A stretch of DNA of 64,000 nt from Candidatus Saccharimonadales bacterium (GTDB taxonomy: Bacteria; Patescibacteriota; Saccharimonadia; Saccharimonadales; SZUA-47): positions 128 to 64,127 of the forward strand of contig JBGSRU010000005.1 in the NCBI GenBank assembly GCA_041737385.1, in the 5' to 3' direction. A model generated the notes under the pieces. It saw only the letters and a list, made by a program, of their open reading frames with translations, ran no database searches and had not been told where the DNA came from. Numbering within the stretch: the first letter of the stretch is position 1; each line of letters starts with the position of its first letter. Position numbers and translations under genes: made by a program. Positions 1 through 8,968 of the stretch are shown one piece after another.

Positions 1-1569
1 ATCACGCTCACCAATACTGGTCGTATATAAGTGCTGATTTATTGCAGGCGCGTAGAGTCTATAGACCGGAAGGTCAGATGTAATAGATGAACCCTGCCAA
101 GACACACCTTCGTAATTATAGCCGGCTGTAATAAGATTGTCACGCTCTTGTAAATCTGTTGTCCAGAAGTGGGCGTAAGTTTGGGGGATGTAAAACCTAT
201 ATACAAGCTGTCTACCTGCAGGCGGAGCAGTCTCTTGCCGTATGTGACTAATTGAATTGAACGCAACTCCTTCGTCCGCAAATCCCCAGTTATTGATGGC
301 TGCTGCTCGATCAGTAGCGCCTTTTACCCAAATATGCTCATTGCTTGCAGATTTATATAGACGATAGACAGGGAATCCACTGTTGCTGCTAGCAGGATCT
401 GCATAAAAATCTATACCTTGTCCTCCAAAACCATTTGCAGACAAATAGTCGTATTCTAGCTTGCTAGTGGTGATTAGTGATCCACCGTTTGGTTTAGTTA
501 AACGGTAAACAGGTAGGTTTCCAGCTAGAGCTGTAGCATTACCAAAGAATGGGCTCCAAATATAATCATAGCCACTACCAGCTACTAATGAATCTCTGAC
601 GTTGACTTGAGATGTGAAATGCGACTGTCCATTCGGATTACGCAACATCCAAATACAGGCGCGAGTCGTGTTGGTAGCTTCACTGCAGCCCGGTAGATCA
701 ACTGCTACTGTAGTGCCAAACCAATCGTTAAACATTCGCCAAAAATTTCGATTTCCGTATGCGCTGCAGCCATCGCCAGTGCCATATAGATTGTCTAAAG
801 CTGCTTGGTTGGGTCGGTAGGGGGTATAGATGTAGAGACTTGCAGTTGCCTGATTAGCAATAAATATATTTGAAGTGCCACAGGCGCTATTTGGATGGTA
901 TAGAATGGTATTGTTTCTGTTTGCTTTATAGTTGTAGGTGTTTGGGTTTGCTGCGTAACGTCTGTAAGCTTTCGCGGCATTATATACTTGGTTGAAAAAT
1001 CCAAAGTACTCGCTATCACAGTTTGCAGAGTTATTAGGGCCAGAATCTGGGCATGCATAACCCATCGCAGTACTGTACTGTATAGGCCACGGCCATGTAT
1101 CAGTTATTAAGCTTTGTTCTTTTTGTAGCATTACAATGAGCACTTGAGGGTTAATGCCGCAGGCCTGGGCTGCATCCCAAATAATTTGTGCAGCGGATTT
1201 TGTGCCTCCACTAATTGAGTTTTTGCATAAATCACTGCCACCATTCGTTACTGTCGGTACGCTTTGAATGTAATCTTTAAGGCAAGTATAGGGAGGTAAC
1301 GGTTTACTGTTTGCCGCAGCCCATTGTGCTCTTGTTTGGGTGGAGTTATGCATTTGTGTGCCATTTGTGTCACATACCGGCAGTTTAGAATTCAAAAATT
1401 GCTGAATTTGCTCGGCAGACATCGATTGTGAGTTGTAGAAAATAGTATCATCTATGATCCTTCCAGGGTTGAACTGACTGCCTGAAAGCGCTGAAACGGG
1501 CTGTTGATATAGTGAAATACTGCTGAAAATAAAACTAAAAATTAAAACAAAAGATATAAATTTACGCAT
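1..1569 (-). CDS. secreted protein, C-terminus cut by the window edge; conserved N-terminal domain plus at least 4 DUF5648-like repeats
   Basis: Absent from the ORF track because it runs off the edge. Hand translation from the ATG at 1569-1567 gives MRKFISFVLIFSFIFSSISLYQQ (signal peptide), then FNPGRIIDD and LIVMLQKEQSLITDTWPW. I spot-checked about 12 separate 60-nt blocks spread across the ORF and found no stop codon in them; the rest was not verified. C-terminal repeats follow the pattern PVYRLY..H(F/L)(W/Y)TT..ERD, e.g. nt 60-1 = RLYAPAINQHLYTTSIGERD. Confidence 0.75.
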   Translation of the reverse strand, partial: MRKFISFVLIFSFIFSSISLYQQPVSALSGSQFNPGRIIDDTIFYNSQSMSAEQIQQFLNSKLPVCDTNGTQMHNSTQTRAQWAAANSKPLPPYTCLKDYIQSVPTVTNGGSDLCKNSISGGTKSAAQIIWDAAQACGINPQVLIVMLQKEQSLITDTWPWPIQYSTAMGYACPDSGPNNSANCDSEYFGFFNQVYNAAKAYRRYAANPNTYNYKANRNNTILYHPNSACGTSNIFIANQATASLYIYTPYRPNQAALDNLYGTGDGCSAYGNRNFWRMFNDWFGTTVAVDLPGCSEATNTTRACIWMLRNPNGQSHFTSQVNVRDSLVAGSGYDYIWSPFFGNATALAGNLPVYRLTKPNGGSLITTSKLEYDYLSANGFGGQGIDFYADPASSNSGFPVYRLYKSASNEHIWVKGATDRAAAINNWGFADEGVAFNSISHIRQETAPPAGRQLVYRFYIPQTYAHFWTTDLQERDNLITAGYNYEGVSWQGSSITSDLPVYRLYAPAINQHLYTTSIGERD

Positions 1570-1571
1570 AT

Positions 1572-2171
1572 CTATTTGATCTCCAGTTCAGTTGATTGAA
1601 TACCGGTGTATGAACCGCTTTTATAGGCTACTTCAAGTTCCCACATACCGGCATTTATGAATTCTGTGCGGTCTACAGTAAGAGTCACGCATGGAGTGCT
1701 CGAAGCATCGGCGTTTGCAGGTGTTTGTTTTTCAAGTCTAGCAGATCCTTTAGTGAAGGTGAAGGTGCATGTTCCGTCTTCTATAACGTTCGGTGCGAAC
1801 GCGCGTACTTCTATTTCGTTTCCGTATTGAGAGGCATCTGTAATGACTACATTAGTATTGTTTGAGCCACCACTAGCGCTACCACTCGTTGCGTCATTCT
1901 GCTCAATTATTCCGGTTTTATCGCTGTTGTCTATAATTTTATCTTTTTGTTCATCACCGGCGTTTTTTTCCTCTTCAGTGGGCGGGCTATACTTTATTTC
2001 TTCAGCGACCTCTGTAGCAGTACTACCAAATATATCTGTTCTGTCAGTGATTTCAAAAAAAAGTAGAATAGCAACAAAACTAATAATTACCAATGCTAAT
2101 ATGTACCAAACTTTTTTCATTGGTTGCCTCGATGTAGCAATTCTAGAAGTGTTCTTATATGTTTTTTTCAT
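1572..2171 (-). CDS. membrane-anchored hypothetical protein
   Basis: 199-aa ORF. An internal start at 2120 (MKKVWYILALVIISFVAILLFF) gives an N-terminal TM anchor. The rest is acidic and Ser/Thr-rich. No family recognised. Confidence 0.55.
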   Translation of the reverse strand: MKKTYKNTSRIATSRQPMKKVWYILALVIISFVAILLFFEITDRTDIFGSTATEVAEEIKYSPPTEEEKNAGDEQKDKIIDNSDKTGIIEQNDATSGSASGGSNNTNVVITDASQYGNEIEVRAFAPNVIEDGTCTFTFTKGSARLEKQTPANADASSTPCVTLTVDRTEFINAGMWELEVAYKSGSYTGIQSTELEIK

Positions 2172-2219
2172 TTTTTATTTTGAAATATTATTTCGTTTGT
2201 ATAGTACCATATGTGCTAG

Positions 2220-3539
2220 CTATTGTCCATACCAATATTGTGCAATCATACCTATTCCTGCAACTGGGTTTGGGGTAGTGTCCCAGTCGAGTCCTGGAGG
2301 GATTCCGCTTGCTGTTCCTGTTATTGAGAAATTTGCACCATTTTGAGGCTGACCATTGGTATTTGTTGCTGTAAGACCATAAAAGTTGAAGTCACTAGTA
2401 TTCCATGAACCATTAAGTCCACATTCATTAGGACAGTTTTGCCCAACAGCTATCTGAACATTATTTACCGTACTGTTTACACTGTCTCCGTTAAGTCGGG
2501 CATTGCCCTCTGCATTGAAGAACAACCTAGGAATTAGTTCTAGGGACACGTTAGCTATCGGGGTTGCTCCGGCATAAAAGACAGCGACATTTTCGTTTTT
2601 CCACCATTTTAGAGTTACCGGTAGGGGACCATTACTTGCCGGAGCTAAGTATTGATAAGTAAAATTGCCATTTTGGACTCTTTGCCAGATATACCAAGGC
2701 TGTCCTTGAGATTCAGGTGATGCAGAATCAGTCTGTATGCCAACTGCAATTGCATTGTTTGATGCATCGTGTGCGTTTATATACGATGAGTGTCCTGTAC
2801 CGGTGCCAGACTCCGTTAGCGTTGCTGAATATGTAAAATACGGGCTTGAAGAAGGAATGATTATTGGATCTGCTACTACAGAACCAGGGGAGAAAGTTAT
2901 ACCATTGAAGGTAGTATCTACAATATCGCCTGTATTTCTACCTGCAGCTAAAAACGACACTGAAGGCCCAGCTGCCATTGATACAGGATAAGGGCCTAAA
3001 CTCACTTGATTGTCTATTCGTACAGTAATGCCAGATGGTGTCCATGTAAACGTAAAGAGATGAGAAGTACCAGTTATAGCATTTGCCGGCCAATAACCTC
3101 CTACTGGTATCCCCGCACCAGCTCCTTCGATCATGATAGTGGTGCTGTTTGGTGATACTCCAGGATCTTTGATTAGTCCAATAGCAATAAAATTACCCGG
3201 ATCATTCCAGAATTGTACCAATCCCTTGTAGCCTGTACCAGAACCATAAGAGCAAGCGCCTGGACAATATGTTCCTTTAAGTACAACATTGAGTGTACCG
3301 TATGAAGATGCACGATTGTTTATTGTTGAGCCGGATTGATAGTTTACGCCCCCAGTACCCCATGCTCCTGATGTGGTTCTACGCCCCCATGCATGGGTAG
3401 TGTCATTGTAGGTACCGTTAGTTGCATACAAACCGGCGTCCCAACTATAAGGAGACAGCTTTGTTGTGTCGGCACTTGCATTGTTGACCATCATTAGAGT
3501 GATGAAAATAATGAAGAATACTTTAATGAGTGCTTTCAT
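2220..3539 (-). CDS. secreted hypothetical protein, G/T/S/N/W/Y-rich and probably beta-rich surface protein
   Basis: The ORF spans 2220-3602. The likely start is the ATG at 3539 (MKALIKVFFIIFITLMMVNNASA, a signal peptide). No family recognised. Confidence 0.6.
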   Translation of the reverse strand: MKALIKVFFIIFITLMMVNNASADTTKLSPYSWDAGLYATNGTYNDTTHAWGRRTTSGAWGTGGVNYQSGSTINNRASSYGTLNVVLKGTYCPGACSYGSGTGYKGLVQFWNDPGNFIAIGLIKDPGVSPNSTTIMIEGAGAGIPVGGYWPANAITGTSHLFTFTWTPSGITVRIDNQVSLGPYPVSMAAGPSVSFLAAGRNTGDIVDTTFNGITFSPGSVVADPIIIPSSSPYFTYSATLTESGTGTGHSSYINAHDASNNAIAVGIQTDSASPESQGQPWYIWQRVQNGNFTYQYLAPASNGPLPVTLKWWKNENVAVFYAGATPIANVSLELIPRLFFNAEGNARLNGDSVNSTVNNVQIAVGQNCPNECGLNGSWNTSDFNFYGLTATNTNGQPQNGANFSITGTASGIPPGLDWDTTPNPVAGIGMIAQYWYGQ

Positions 3540-3698
3540 AGAGAGTGTTTTTGTTTTGTTTAGCATAAGCATAATTATACAATAAGCTCTTGATAAGAGC
3601 AAGTATTAACATATTTCTGTGCAGTATGTTAGATAGTCATATCTCTGAAAACTATGATGATTTTAGCCGGGGATAATTAATGCTACTTTTTTACCCAT

Positions 3699-3836
3699 TT
3701 AACTAGAAAGGTACTCCCCGTAACCGGATTTTTTAAGTGGCTCTGCTAGTTCATTCAGTGCATCATCAGTAATAAACTTTTGTTCGTGTGCTATCTTTTC
3801 TGGGCTACCTATGATTTTGCCGGTTCTTTTCTGCAT
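3699..3836 (-). pseudogene. duplicated 3' fragment of rfbA (45 codons)
   Basis: Translates to [45 protein letters not shown]. The intact RmlA C-terminus (6153-6287) reads [44 protein letters not shown]. The DNA block ctgggct(a/t)cctatgattttgccggttcttttctgca is nearly identical in both copies. Confidence 0.75.
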
Positions 3837-3981
3837 ATTATTCATGTGTCTATCATTATACACAGTTTATGGAAGTAAATTGCACGCTGTGGCTGGATAA
3901 CTATCTACAAATGGTTACTATATCGTACTGGGGTTTCGCTTAACCTTAGCGTGTTTAAATAATGGAAGTTTACAGTTGGCT

Positions 3982-4008
3982 GTTTACAGTAAACTACATA
4001 GTGTAAAC
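3982..4008. promoter_or_regulatory. 27-bp palindromic site GTTTACA-N13-TGTAAAC, copy 1
   Basis: gtttacagtaaactacatagtgtaaac. A second copy with identical arms and spacing lies at 6067-6093. An extra half-site gtttacag is at 3968-3975. Confidence 0.4.
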
Positions 4009-4048
4009 TATAAATTTTTCACATCCGTAGTCTAGTAAAAGAGGTAAA

Positions 4049-4105
4049 ACAAAAACTCGTCCAAATAAGTGTAGCATAAGCACAAAAACTCGTCCAAATA
4101 AGTGT
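4049..4105 (+). repeat. two perfect 24-bp direct repeats (acaaaaactcgtccaaataagtgt) with 33-bp period, overlapping the promoter of the AAA ATPase gene
   Basis: Copies at 4049-4072 and 4082-4105. The second abuts an extended -10 (TGgTATACT, 4105-4113). An AAGGA SD follows, then the ATG at 4131. Confidence 0.8.
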
Positions 4106-4130
4106 GGTATACTCACATAAAGGACGCTTT

Positions 4131-5429
4131 ATGTATAGGTATAAAATTGAAGATCTAAAAAAGTGGAAGCACAAGTCTGACCGTAAACCACTTGTTATAA
4201 GGGGTGCAAGACAGGTTGGTAAAACCTGGCTTGTTCAAGAGTTCGGCAAATCTGAATATGAAAAAATCGCCTATGTGAATTTTGATGGTAATCCTCGCAT
4301 GAAAAAGTTATTTGAACAAGATATGGACATAGACAGGATAGTGCGGGGACTAAAAGCTGAGACTAATGTAGATATAACGCACGAGAGCACTCTAATCATA
4401 TTAGACGAAGTGCAAGAGGTGCCCCAAGCAATAACGGCACTCAAATATTTTTATGAAAATGAACCAGAATATCATGTTATTGTTGCAGGCAGTTTACTCG
4501 GTGTAGCATTGCACGAAGGTGCGTCGTTTCCTGTGGGTAAAGTAGACTTTTTGGACTTGCGACCATTGAGCTTTAGAGAGTTTTTGTTGGCCCAAAATAT
4601 GACGGCATTAGTAGATGCACTTCTTACGAAAGACTATAAATTATTATCTACTTTTAGAACAAAATTGATTGATTTATTAAAGACCTACTACTTTGTAGGT
4701 GGCATGCCAGAAGCAGTTAGTAAATATATTGTCACTGGGTCGTGGAGTGACGTTCGCCAGATTCAGAAAAACATACTCGACGCTTATGAACAGGACTTTA
4801 GCAAACATGCACCACTTAATGTTGTGCCAAGAATACGACAAGTTTGGAGTACTATCCCTGAGCAGCTTGCAAAAGAGAATAAAAAGTTCGTTTATGGGTT
4901 GCTCCGTGAGGGTGCACGTGCGAAGGACTATGAGCTGGCACTCATGTGGTTGGAAGATACTGGTTTGATTTATCGTATCGGACGTATAGATACACCGAGA
5001 ATACCGCTCAAAGCTTATCAAAGCTATACGGCATTCAAAATATATGCTCTTGATGTTGGCCTGCTAACTGCAATGACAGGGATAACAGCACAGACACTAT
5101 TAGAGGGAAGTGCGATATTCACTGAGTTCAAAGGAGCATTGACAGAGCAATATGTACTTCAGGAGCTTGAGAGCACTGATAAAGGCGGTGTATTCTATTG
5201 GGCTATGGATGAAGGGTCAAGTGCTGAAGTTGATTTCATAGTACAGGTTTCTGACAGAGTCATACCAATAGAAGTGAAGGCAGAAGAAAACCTGCAGAGT
5301 AAAAGTTTGCGTGTATATGCAGACAAGTACTCTCCTGAGGTAGCGATTAGAGCTTCCATGTCTGATTATCGTGACGAAGGTTGGCTTAGGAATGTACCAC
5401 TTTATATGATTTCATCTACAGATTTATAA
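4131..5429 (+). CDS. AAA-family ATPase with DUF4143-type C-terminal domain
   Basis: Walker A motif GARQVGKTW and Walker B motif LIILDEVQ. Length and layout are typical of AAA_14 plus DUF4143 proteins. I chose the ATG at 4131 (SD aaggac) over the track start at 4104. Confidence 0.8.
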   Translation: MYRYKIEDLKKWKHKSDRKPLVIRGARQVGKTWLVQEFGKSEYEKIAYVNFDGNPRMKKLFEQDMDIDRIVRGLKAETNVDITHESTLIILDEVQEVPQAITALKYFYENEPEYHVIVAGSLLGVALHEGASFPVGKVDFLDLRPLSFREFLLAQNMTALVDALLTKDYKLLSTFRTKLIDLLKTYYFVGGMPEAVSKYIVTGSWSDVRQIQKNILDAYEQDFSKHAPLNVVPRIRQVWSTIPEQLAKENKKFVYGLLREGARAKDYELALMWLEDTGLIYRIGRIDTPRIPLKAYQSYTAFKIYALDVGLLTAMTGITAQTLLEGSAIFTEFKGALTEQYVLQELESTDKGGVFYWAMDEGSSAEVDFIVQVSDRVIPIEVKAEENLQSKSLRVYADKYSPEVAIRASMSDYRDEGWLRNVPLYMISSTDL

Positions 5430-5481
5430 ATAGATGAAAAATTTATAATATCTTCCTCGGCTGGATTCTTTAAGCTGATTT

Positions 5482-5889
5482 TTATGCTAATATCTCTACT
5501 AAAACTAATTGCGGTACACGAGTAAAGTCTTTATCAAGAGTTAATAGTTTTCCGCCGTTTTGAATGCAGGCCGATGCAATCCATAGGTCATTATGAGATA
5601 GGCTGATTCCGCTTTTTCTGCAACTTGCGGTAATATCTGCATATATTATAGCTGTGCCTTGGTTTGGCTCTAGAAGCTTTAGTCCAAATGTTTGTTTAAA
5701 TAGTTCGTAATTCTGTATATTTTCTACTTGTTTTGATCCAAAAGAAAAGCCAAAGCGCATTTCTGCATCAACAGTAAGCGGAACAAGTAGGGATGTGTAG
5801 CTTAGAGTGGATAGGGTTTTTAATAAATTGCTGTTATTGCTTTTGTCTAATAGTACTGATAAAGCCGAAGTGTCAAATACTAAGGTCAC
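5482..5889 (-). CDS. PIN-domain toxin (VapC-like)
   Basis: N-terminal VFDTSAL and C-terminal LLTLDKDF, which look like PIN acidic motifs. GTG start. Confidence 0.75.
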   Translation of the reverse strand: MTLVFDTSALSVLLDKSNNSNLLKTLSTLSYTSLLVPLTVDAEMRFGFSFGSKQVENIQNYELFKQTFGLKLLEPNQGTAIIYADITASCRKSGISLSHNDLWIASACIQNGGKLLTLDKDFTRVPQLVLVEILA

Positions 5890-6001
5890 GTTCGTCTCGT
5901 TTCTGCTTTTCTAATGAGGCTTTGTCCATCCAGGATACTGCTTCGTTGACTGCCTGAATGTCTTCACTAGAAATAGGGTGTTCGTCTATGAATTGCTTCA
6001 T
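5873..6001 (-). CDS. candidate cognate antitoxin (small ORF, start uncertain)
   Basis: Hand translation gives MKQFIDEHPISSEDIQAVNEAVSWMDKASLEKQKRDERDLSI*. It overlaps the PIN start by 17 nt. The frame stays open upstream (..TISTRVNKYIFNQERFLA) without a canonical start codon. Confidence 0.35.
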   Translation of the reverse strand: MKQFIDEHPISSEDIQAVNEAVSWMDKASLEKQKRDERDLSI

Positions 6002-6066
6002 TGCAAGGAAGCGTTCCTGGTTGAATATATACTTATTAACGCGAGTGCTAATGGTTACATTTATTT

Positions 6067-6093
6067 GTTTACAGTAAGCTGCCCAGTGTAAAC
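6067..6093. promoter_or_regulatory. 27-bp palindromic site GTTTACA-N13-TGTAAAC, copy 2
   Basis: gtttacagtaagctgcccagtgtaaac, upstream of the PIN/antitoxin pair on the minus strand. Confidence 0.4.
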
Positions 6094-6152
6094 AACTAAG
6101 AAAAACTAGAAAATAATTTAAGAAGCCTAAATGGCGATATTTCCCCGGTTGC

Positions 6153-7001
6153 TTAAATGAGGTATTTGCCGTAACCGGATTTTATTAGCGGTTCTGCTAG
6201 TTCTGCTAGTTTTTCTTTCGAGATATAACCTTGCTGACTAGCGATTTTTTCTGGGCTTCCTATGATTTTGCCGGTTCTTTTCTGCAGTACACGGACATAA
6301 TCAGTTGCATCACTTAAACTATCTATTGTCCCCGTATCGAGCCATACATCGCCTTCGTCTAGCGTCGTGACCTTTAGCTTGCCCCTATTGAGGTACTCTT
6401 CGTTAATCGAAGTAATCTCTAGCTCTCCGCGTTCGCTTGGCGTTATGTTCTTCGCTATTTCTATGACGTCATTGTCGTAGAAATATAAGCCGACTACTGC
6501 ATAGTTTGATTTAGGGTTCGCTGGCTTTTCCTCGATAGAAATAGCGGTATTGTTGCTGTCAAATTCTACTACTCCGTAGCGCTCAGGATCAGAAACGCGG
6601 TAGGCAAACACAATGCTTCCATCTGGATCTGTGCAGGTCTTTAACGATTCGTCGAGCAATGCGCCGTGGAAGATGTTGTCACCTAGTACTAGCGCTACTT
6701 TATCATCACCTATGAATTCCTCACCGATAATAAAGGCCTGAGCGAGTCCATCCGACGACGGTTGCATGGCGTATGAAAGTGAAATGCCCCACTGAGACCC
6801 ATCGCCAAGTAAGTTTTGGAATTGTTGCTGGTCGTGTGGAGTCGTAATAATGAGGATATCTTTTATACCCGCTTGCATAAGAGTGGTGAGCGGATAATAG
6901 ACCATTGGCTTGTCGTAAATAGGAATTAGTTGCTTTGATATCGCTTTTGTAATTGGGTGCAGCCGTGTACCACTACCACCGGCTAGAATAATGCCTTTCA
7001 A
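6153..7001 (-). CDS. rfbA: glucose-1-phosphate thymidylyltransferase (RmlA)
   Basis: [28 protein letters not shown] and LGDNIF. The TTG start at 7001 has AAGGAG 6 nt upstream. The track start at 7019 adds 6 codons. Confidence 0.93.
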   Translation of the reverse strand: MKGIILAGGSGTRLHPITKAISKQLIPIYDKPMVYYPLTTLMQAGIKDILIITTPHDQQQFQNLLGDGSQWGISLSYAMQPSSDGLAQAFIIGEEFIGDDKVALVLGDNIFHGALLDESLKTCTDPDGSIVFAYRVSDPERYGVVEFDSNNTAISIEEKPANPKSNYAVVGLYFYDNDVIEIAKNITPSERGELEITSINEEYLNRGKLKVTTLDEGDVWLDTGTIDSLSDATDYVRVLQKRTGKIIGSPEKIASQQGYISKEKLAELAEPLIKSGYGKYLI

Positions 7002-7171
7002 TGTAAACTCCTTGTTCAAACTATAGTTTAACAGAGGTGTTTGATATTTAATAGATGATATCTGATATTTGAGAGGAGCTTGAAGCTACAACTATATTAA
7101 TTATCAAGTATCAGAAATTAAGTATTCTGAAGCGTTATGTAGGTTTTTTAGTTGTTCCTACCCATAACTTA

Positions 7172-7200
7172 TTGACATATGCATGCATGCATGCTAAGAT
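7172..7200 (+). promoter_or_regulatory. sigma70-type promoter TTGACA-17-TAAGAT with an (ATGC)n palindromic spacer; leaderless start
   Basis: ttgaca(7172-7177), spacer tatgcatgcatgcatgc, then taagat(7195-7200). Six nt later comes the ATG at 7207. Confidence 0.55.
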
Positions 7201-7206
7201 GTATGC

Positions 7207-7482
7207 ATGAGTACAAAACAATACACAATAAGAAATATCCCGCAGCCAGTCGACAGGTATTTGCGAAAGCGGGCTAAAATTAGCGGTAAATCGCTCAACC
7301 AAGTAATTATTGATGAATTATCTGAAAGTGCAGGTGTTAATAAAACAAGTTTAGTCGATTCACTTGATTGGTTTTTTGGCTCTAATACTATTGGCGATGA
7401 CGTACTACAGGCGCTGGAAGAAGATGACAAAATACAAAAAGAATTGACTCGAAAGCAGTGGGAACTTGATGATCTTAATTGA
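7207..7482 (+). CDS. antitoxin, ribbon-helix-helix type (VapB/FitA-like)
   Basis: The N-terminus YTIRNIPQPVDRYLRKRAKISGKSLNQVIIDEL resembles an RHH fold. It overlaps the downstream PIN gene. Confidence 0.65.
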   Translation: MSTKQYTIRNIPQPVDRYLRKRAKISGKSLNQVIIDELSESAGVNKTSLVDSLDWFFGSNTIGDDVLQALEEDDKIQKELTRKQWELDDLN

Positions 7483-7870
7483 TATTAATGTCTACAGTAG
7501 ATCTAATATTGGGGATGTAATTGCTATAAACATTATGAAACAAGCCAGTCGGATATTGATACCTAGTGTTGTTATTGGTGAACTGAAGGCAGGTTTTTTG
7601 GGTGGGAATAAACTTGAATTAAATAATGAAGTACTTGATAAATTTTTAACAGATTCGAAAGTCGAAATTGTCGATAGCTCAATAAAAACGACAAATTATT
7701 ACGCAGAGCTTACACTCCATGCTCGAAAATGTGGTAAGGCTTTATCTAATAATGACGTGTGGATTGCAGCTATTGCGAGGGAAAATGATTGCAGGCTAGT
7801 CACGTTTGACAAAGATTTTGAGGTGTTTTCTGAGCTGTTTGGGGATAATTTACTTATTTTGAGTTTATAG
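7469..7870 (+). CDS. PIN-domain toxin (VapC-like)
   Basis: LIDINVY, NDVWIAAIA and LVTFDKDF motifs. Paralogous to 5482-5889. Confidence 0.8.
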   Translation: MILIDINVYSRSNIGDVIAINIMKQASRILIPSVVIGELKAGFLGGNKLELNNEVLDKFLTDSKVEIVDSSIKTTNYYAELTLHARKCGKALSNNDVWIAAIARENDCRLVTFDKDFEVFSELFGDNLLILSL

Positions 7871-8002
7871 CCACCCCAAAGCAAAATAACCATTTTGTAC
7901 TGCCCTGACTGGTCAAAAGATCTGTTTTATTTCGCACCATATCTACGGATATGCTTTGTCTTAAGAACAAACTTTTTGTATCAGCCATCATCAGTCCAAA
8001 AT

Positions 8003-8968
8003 TTAGGACATTTTATTTGGGGTGGCTATTGAGACGTGGTTTTCTATATACTCCGCAAGCTGGTTTTTCCAGTCAGTGCTAACGAAGCCTGTTGACTGAA
8101 TTTTATCTAATGATAATGTGCTGTTTAGTGGACGAGGAGCGATATTTTCTTTACCTTTGTAGTACTCTTCTGTGGTTGTGTTTGTGACAGTAAGATCATC
8201 TCTACCTGCAAGCTTGTAAATTTCACGAGTAATATCTGCCCAGCTGGCAGACTCTCCGTCGTTACTGACATTGTAGGTACCGTAAGGAAACGCAGTTTCC
8301 ATATTTGATATTTGAGGTTTGATATCTGAAGGTTTAGCTCCGAACAGTAGGTGGTCGATGGCTCTGACGAGTTCGGAAGTGAAGGTAAGGCGCCCGACTT
8401 GATCATGGACTACAGTTGGAGATATGTCTTTATCCGCTAGGTCTAGCATTATTCTGACAAAGTTTTTGCCCTCACCAATTACCCAGCTGGTTCTTAGTAT
8501 GTAAAATTTAGGAGCGAGACTCACAATAATGTCTCCGGCTGCTTTAGATGCCCCATAGACTGATAAGGGAGCAAACAGCTCGCCTTCGGTGTGTGTTTCT
8601 GCGCTGCCATCAAACACATAATCACTCGAAATATGTAGCAGTGTCATATCATGTTGTGCGCTGACTGCCACCAAGTTGGCCACTGCATCAGCGTTTACTG
8701 ACCAAGCAGCTCTTCGGCCTTCAGGCGTTTCAGCTCCATCGACGTTCGTATAAGCAGCTGCATTAATCAAAATCTCTATTGCGGACCAGTCAAAATTCTC
8801 AACAGAGGCTTTGTCGGTGATATCTAGCTCTTTAATATCGGCGAACTGTGCGTTGGGATATTTGTCGCGGAGTGCTACACCTAATTGTCCGTTAGCGCCA
8901 ACTATAAAGATAGCTGAGCTATCTAAGGGCTGAGGCTTGATATTTGATATTTGAGGAGTATTGCTCAT
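8003..8968 (-). CDS. rfbD: dTDP-4-dehydrorhamnose reductase (RmlD)
   Basis: IFIVGANGQLG Rossmann motif, AAAYTNVD, and YGASKAAGD (the YxxxK motif). Confidence 0.88.
   Translation of the reverse strand: MSNTPQISNIKPQPLDSSAIFIVGANGQLGVALRDKYPNAQFADIKELDITDKASVENFDWSAIEILINAAAYTNVDGAETPEGRRAAWSVNADAVANLVAVSAQHDMTLLHISSDYVFDGSAETHTEGELFAPLSVYGASKAAGDIIVSLAPKFYILRTSWVIGEGKNFVRIMLDLADKDISPTVVHDQVGRLTFTSELVRAIDHLLFGAKPSDIKPQISNMETAFPYGTYNVSNDGESASWADITREIYKLAGRDDLTVTNTTTEEYYKGKENIAPRPLNSTLSLDKIQSTGFVSTDWKNQLAEYIENHVSIATPNKMS

Larger units (their letters stand above)
3837..6152. mobile_element. about 2.3 kb inserted segment (AAA ATPase plus PIN TA) bracketed by the rfbA 3' end duplication
   Basis: Lies between the rfbA fragment (3699-3836) and intact rfbA (6153-7001). 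No recombinase gene is visible. Confidence 0.35.

Noticed and set aside
1843-2346. Many track ORFs lie antisense to, or out of frame within, longer well-supported CDSs. Examples are 1843-2346, 2737-2991, 4677-5021, 7194-7430, 9892-10125, 11172-11875, 13264-13497, 14571-14909, 16215-17330, 34845-35195, 36630-37010, 37220-38182, 49334-49786, 52375-52862 and 63402-63737.
   Set aside because: These are shadow ORFs. They have no recognisable motifs, they overlap genes with clear family signatures, and their composition is typical of reverse-frame translation.
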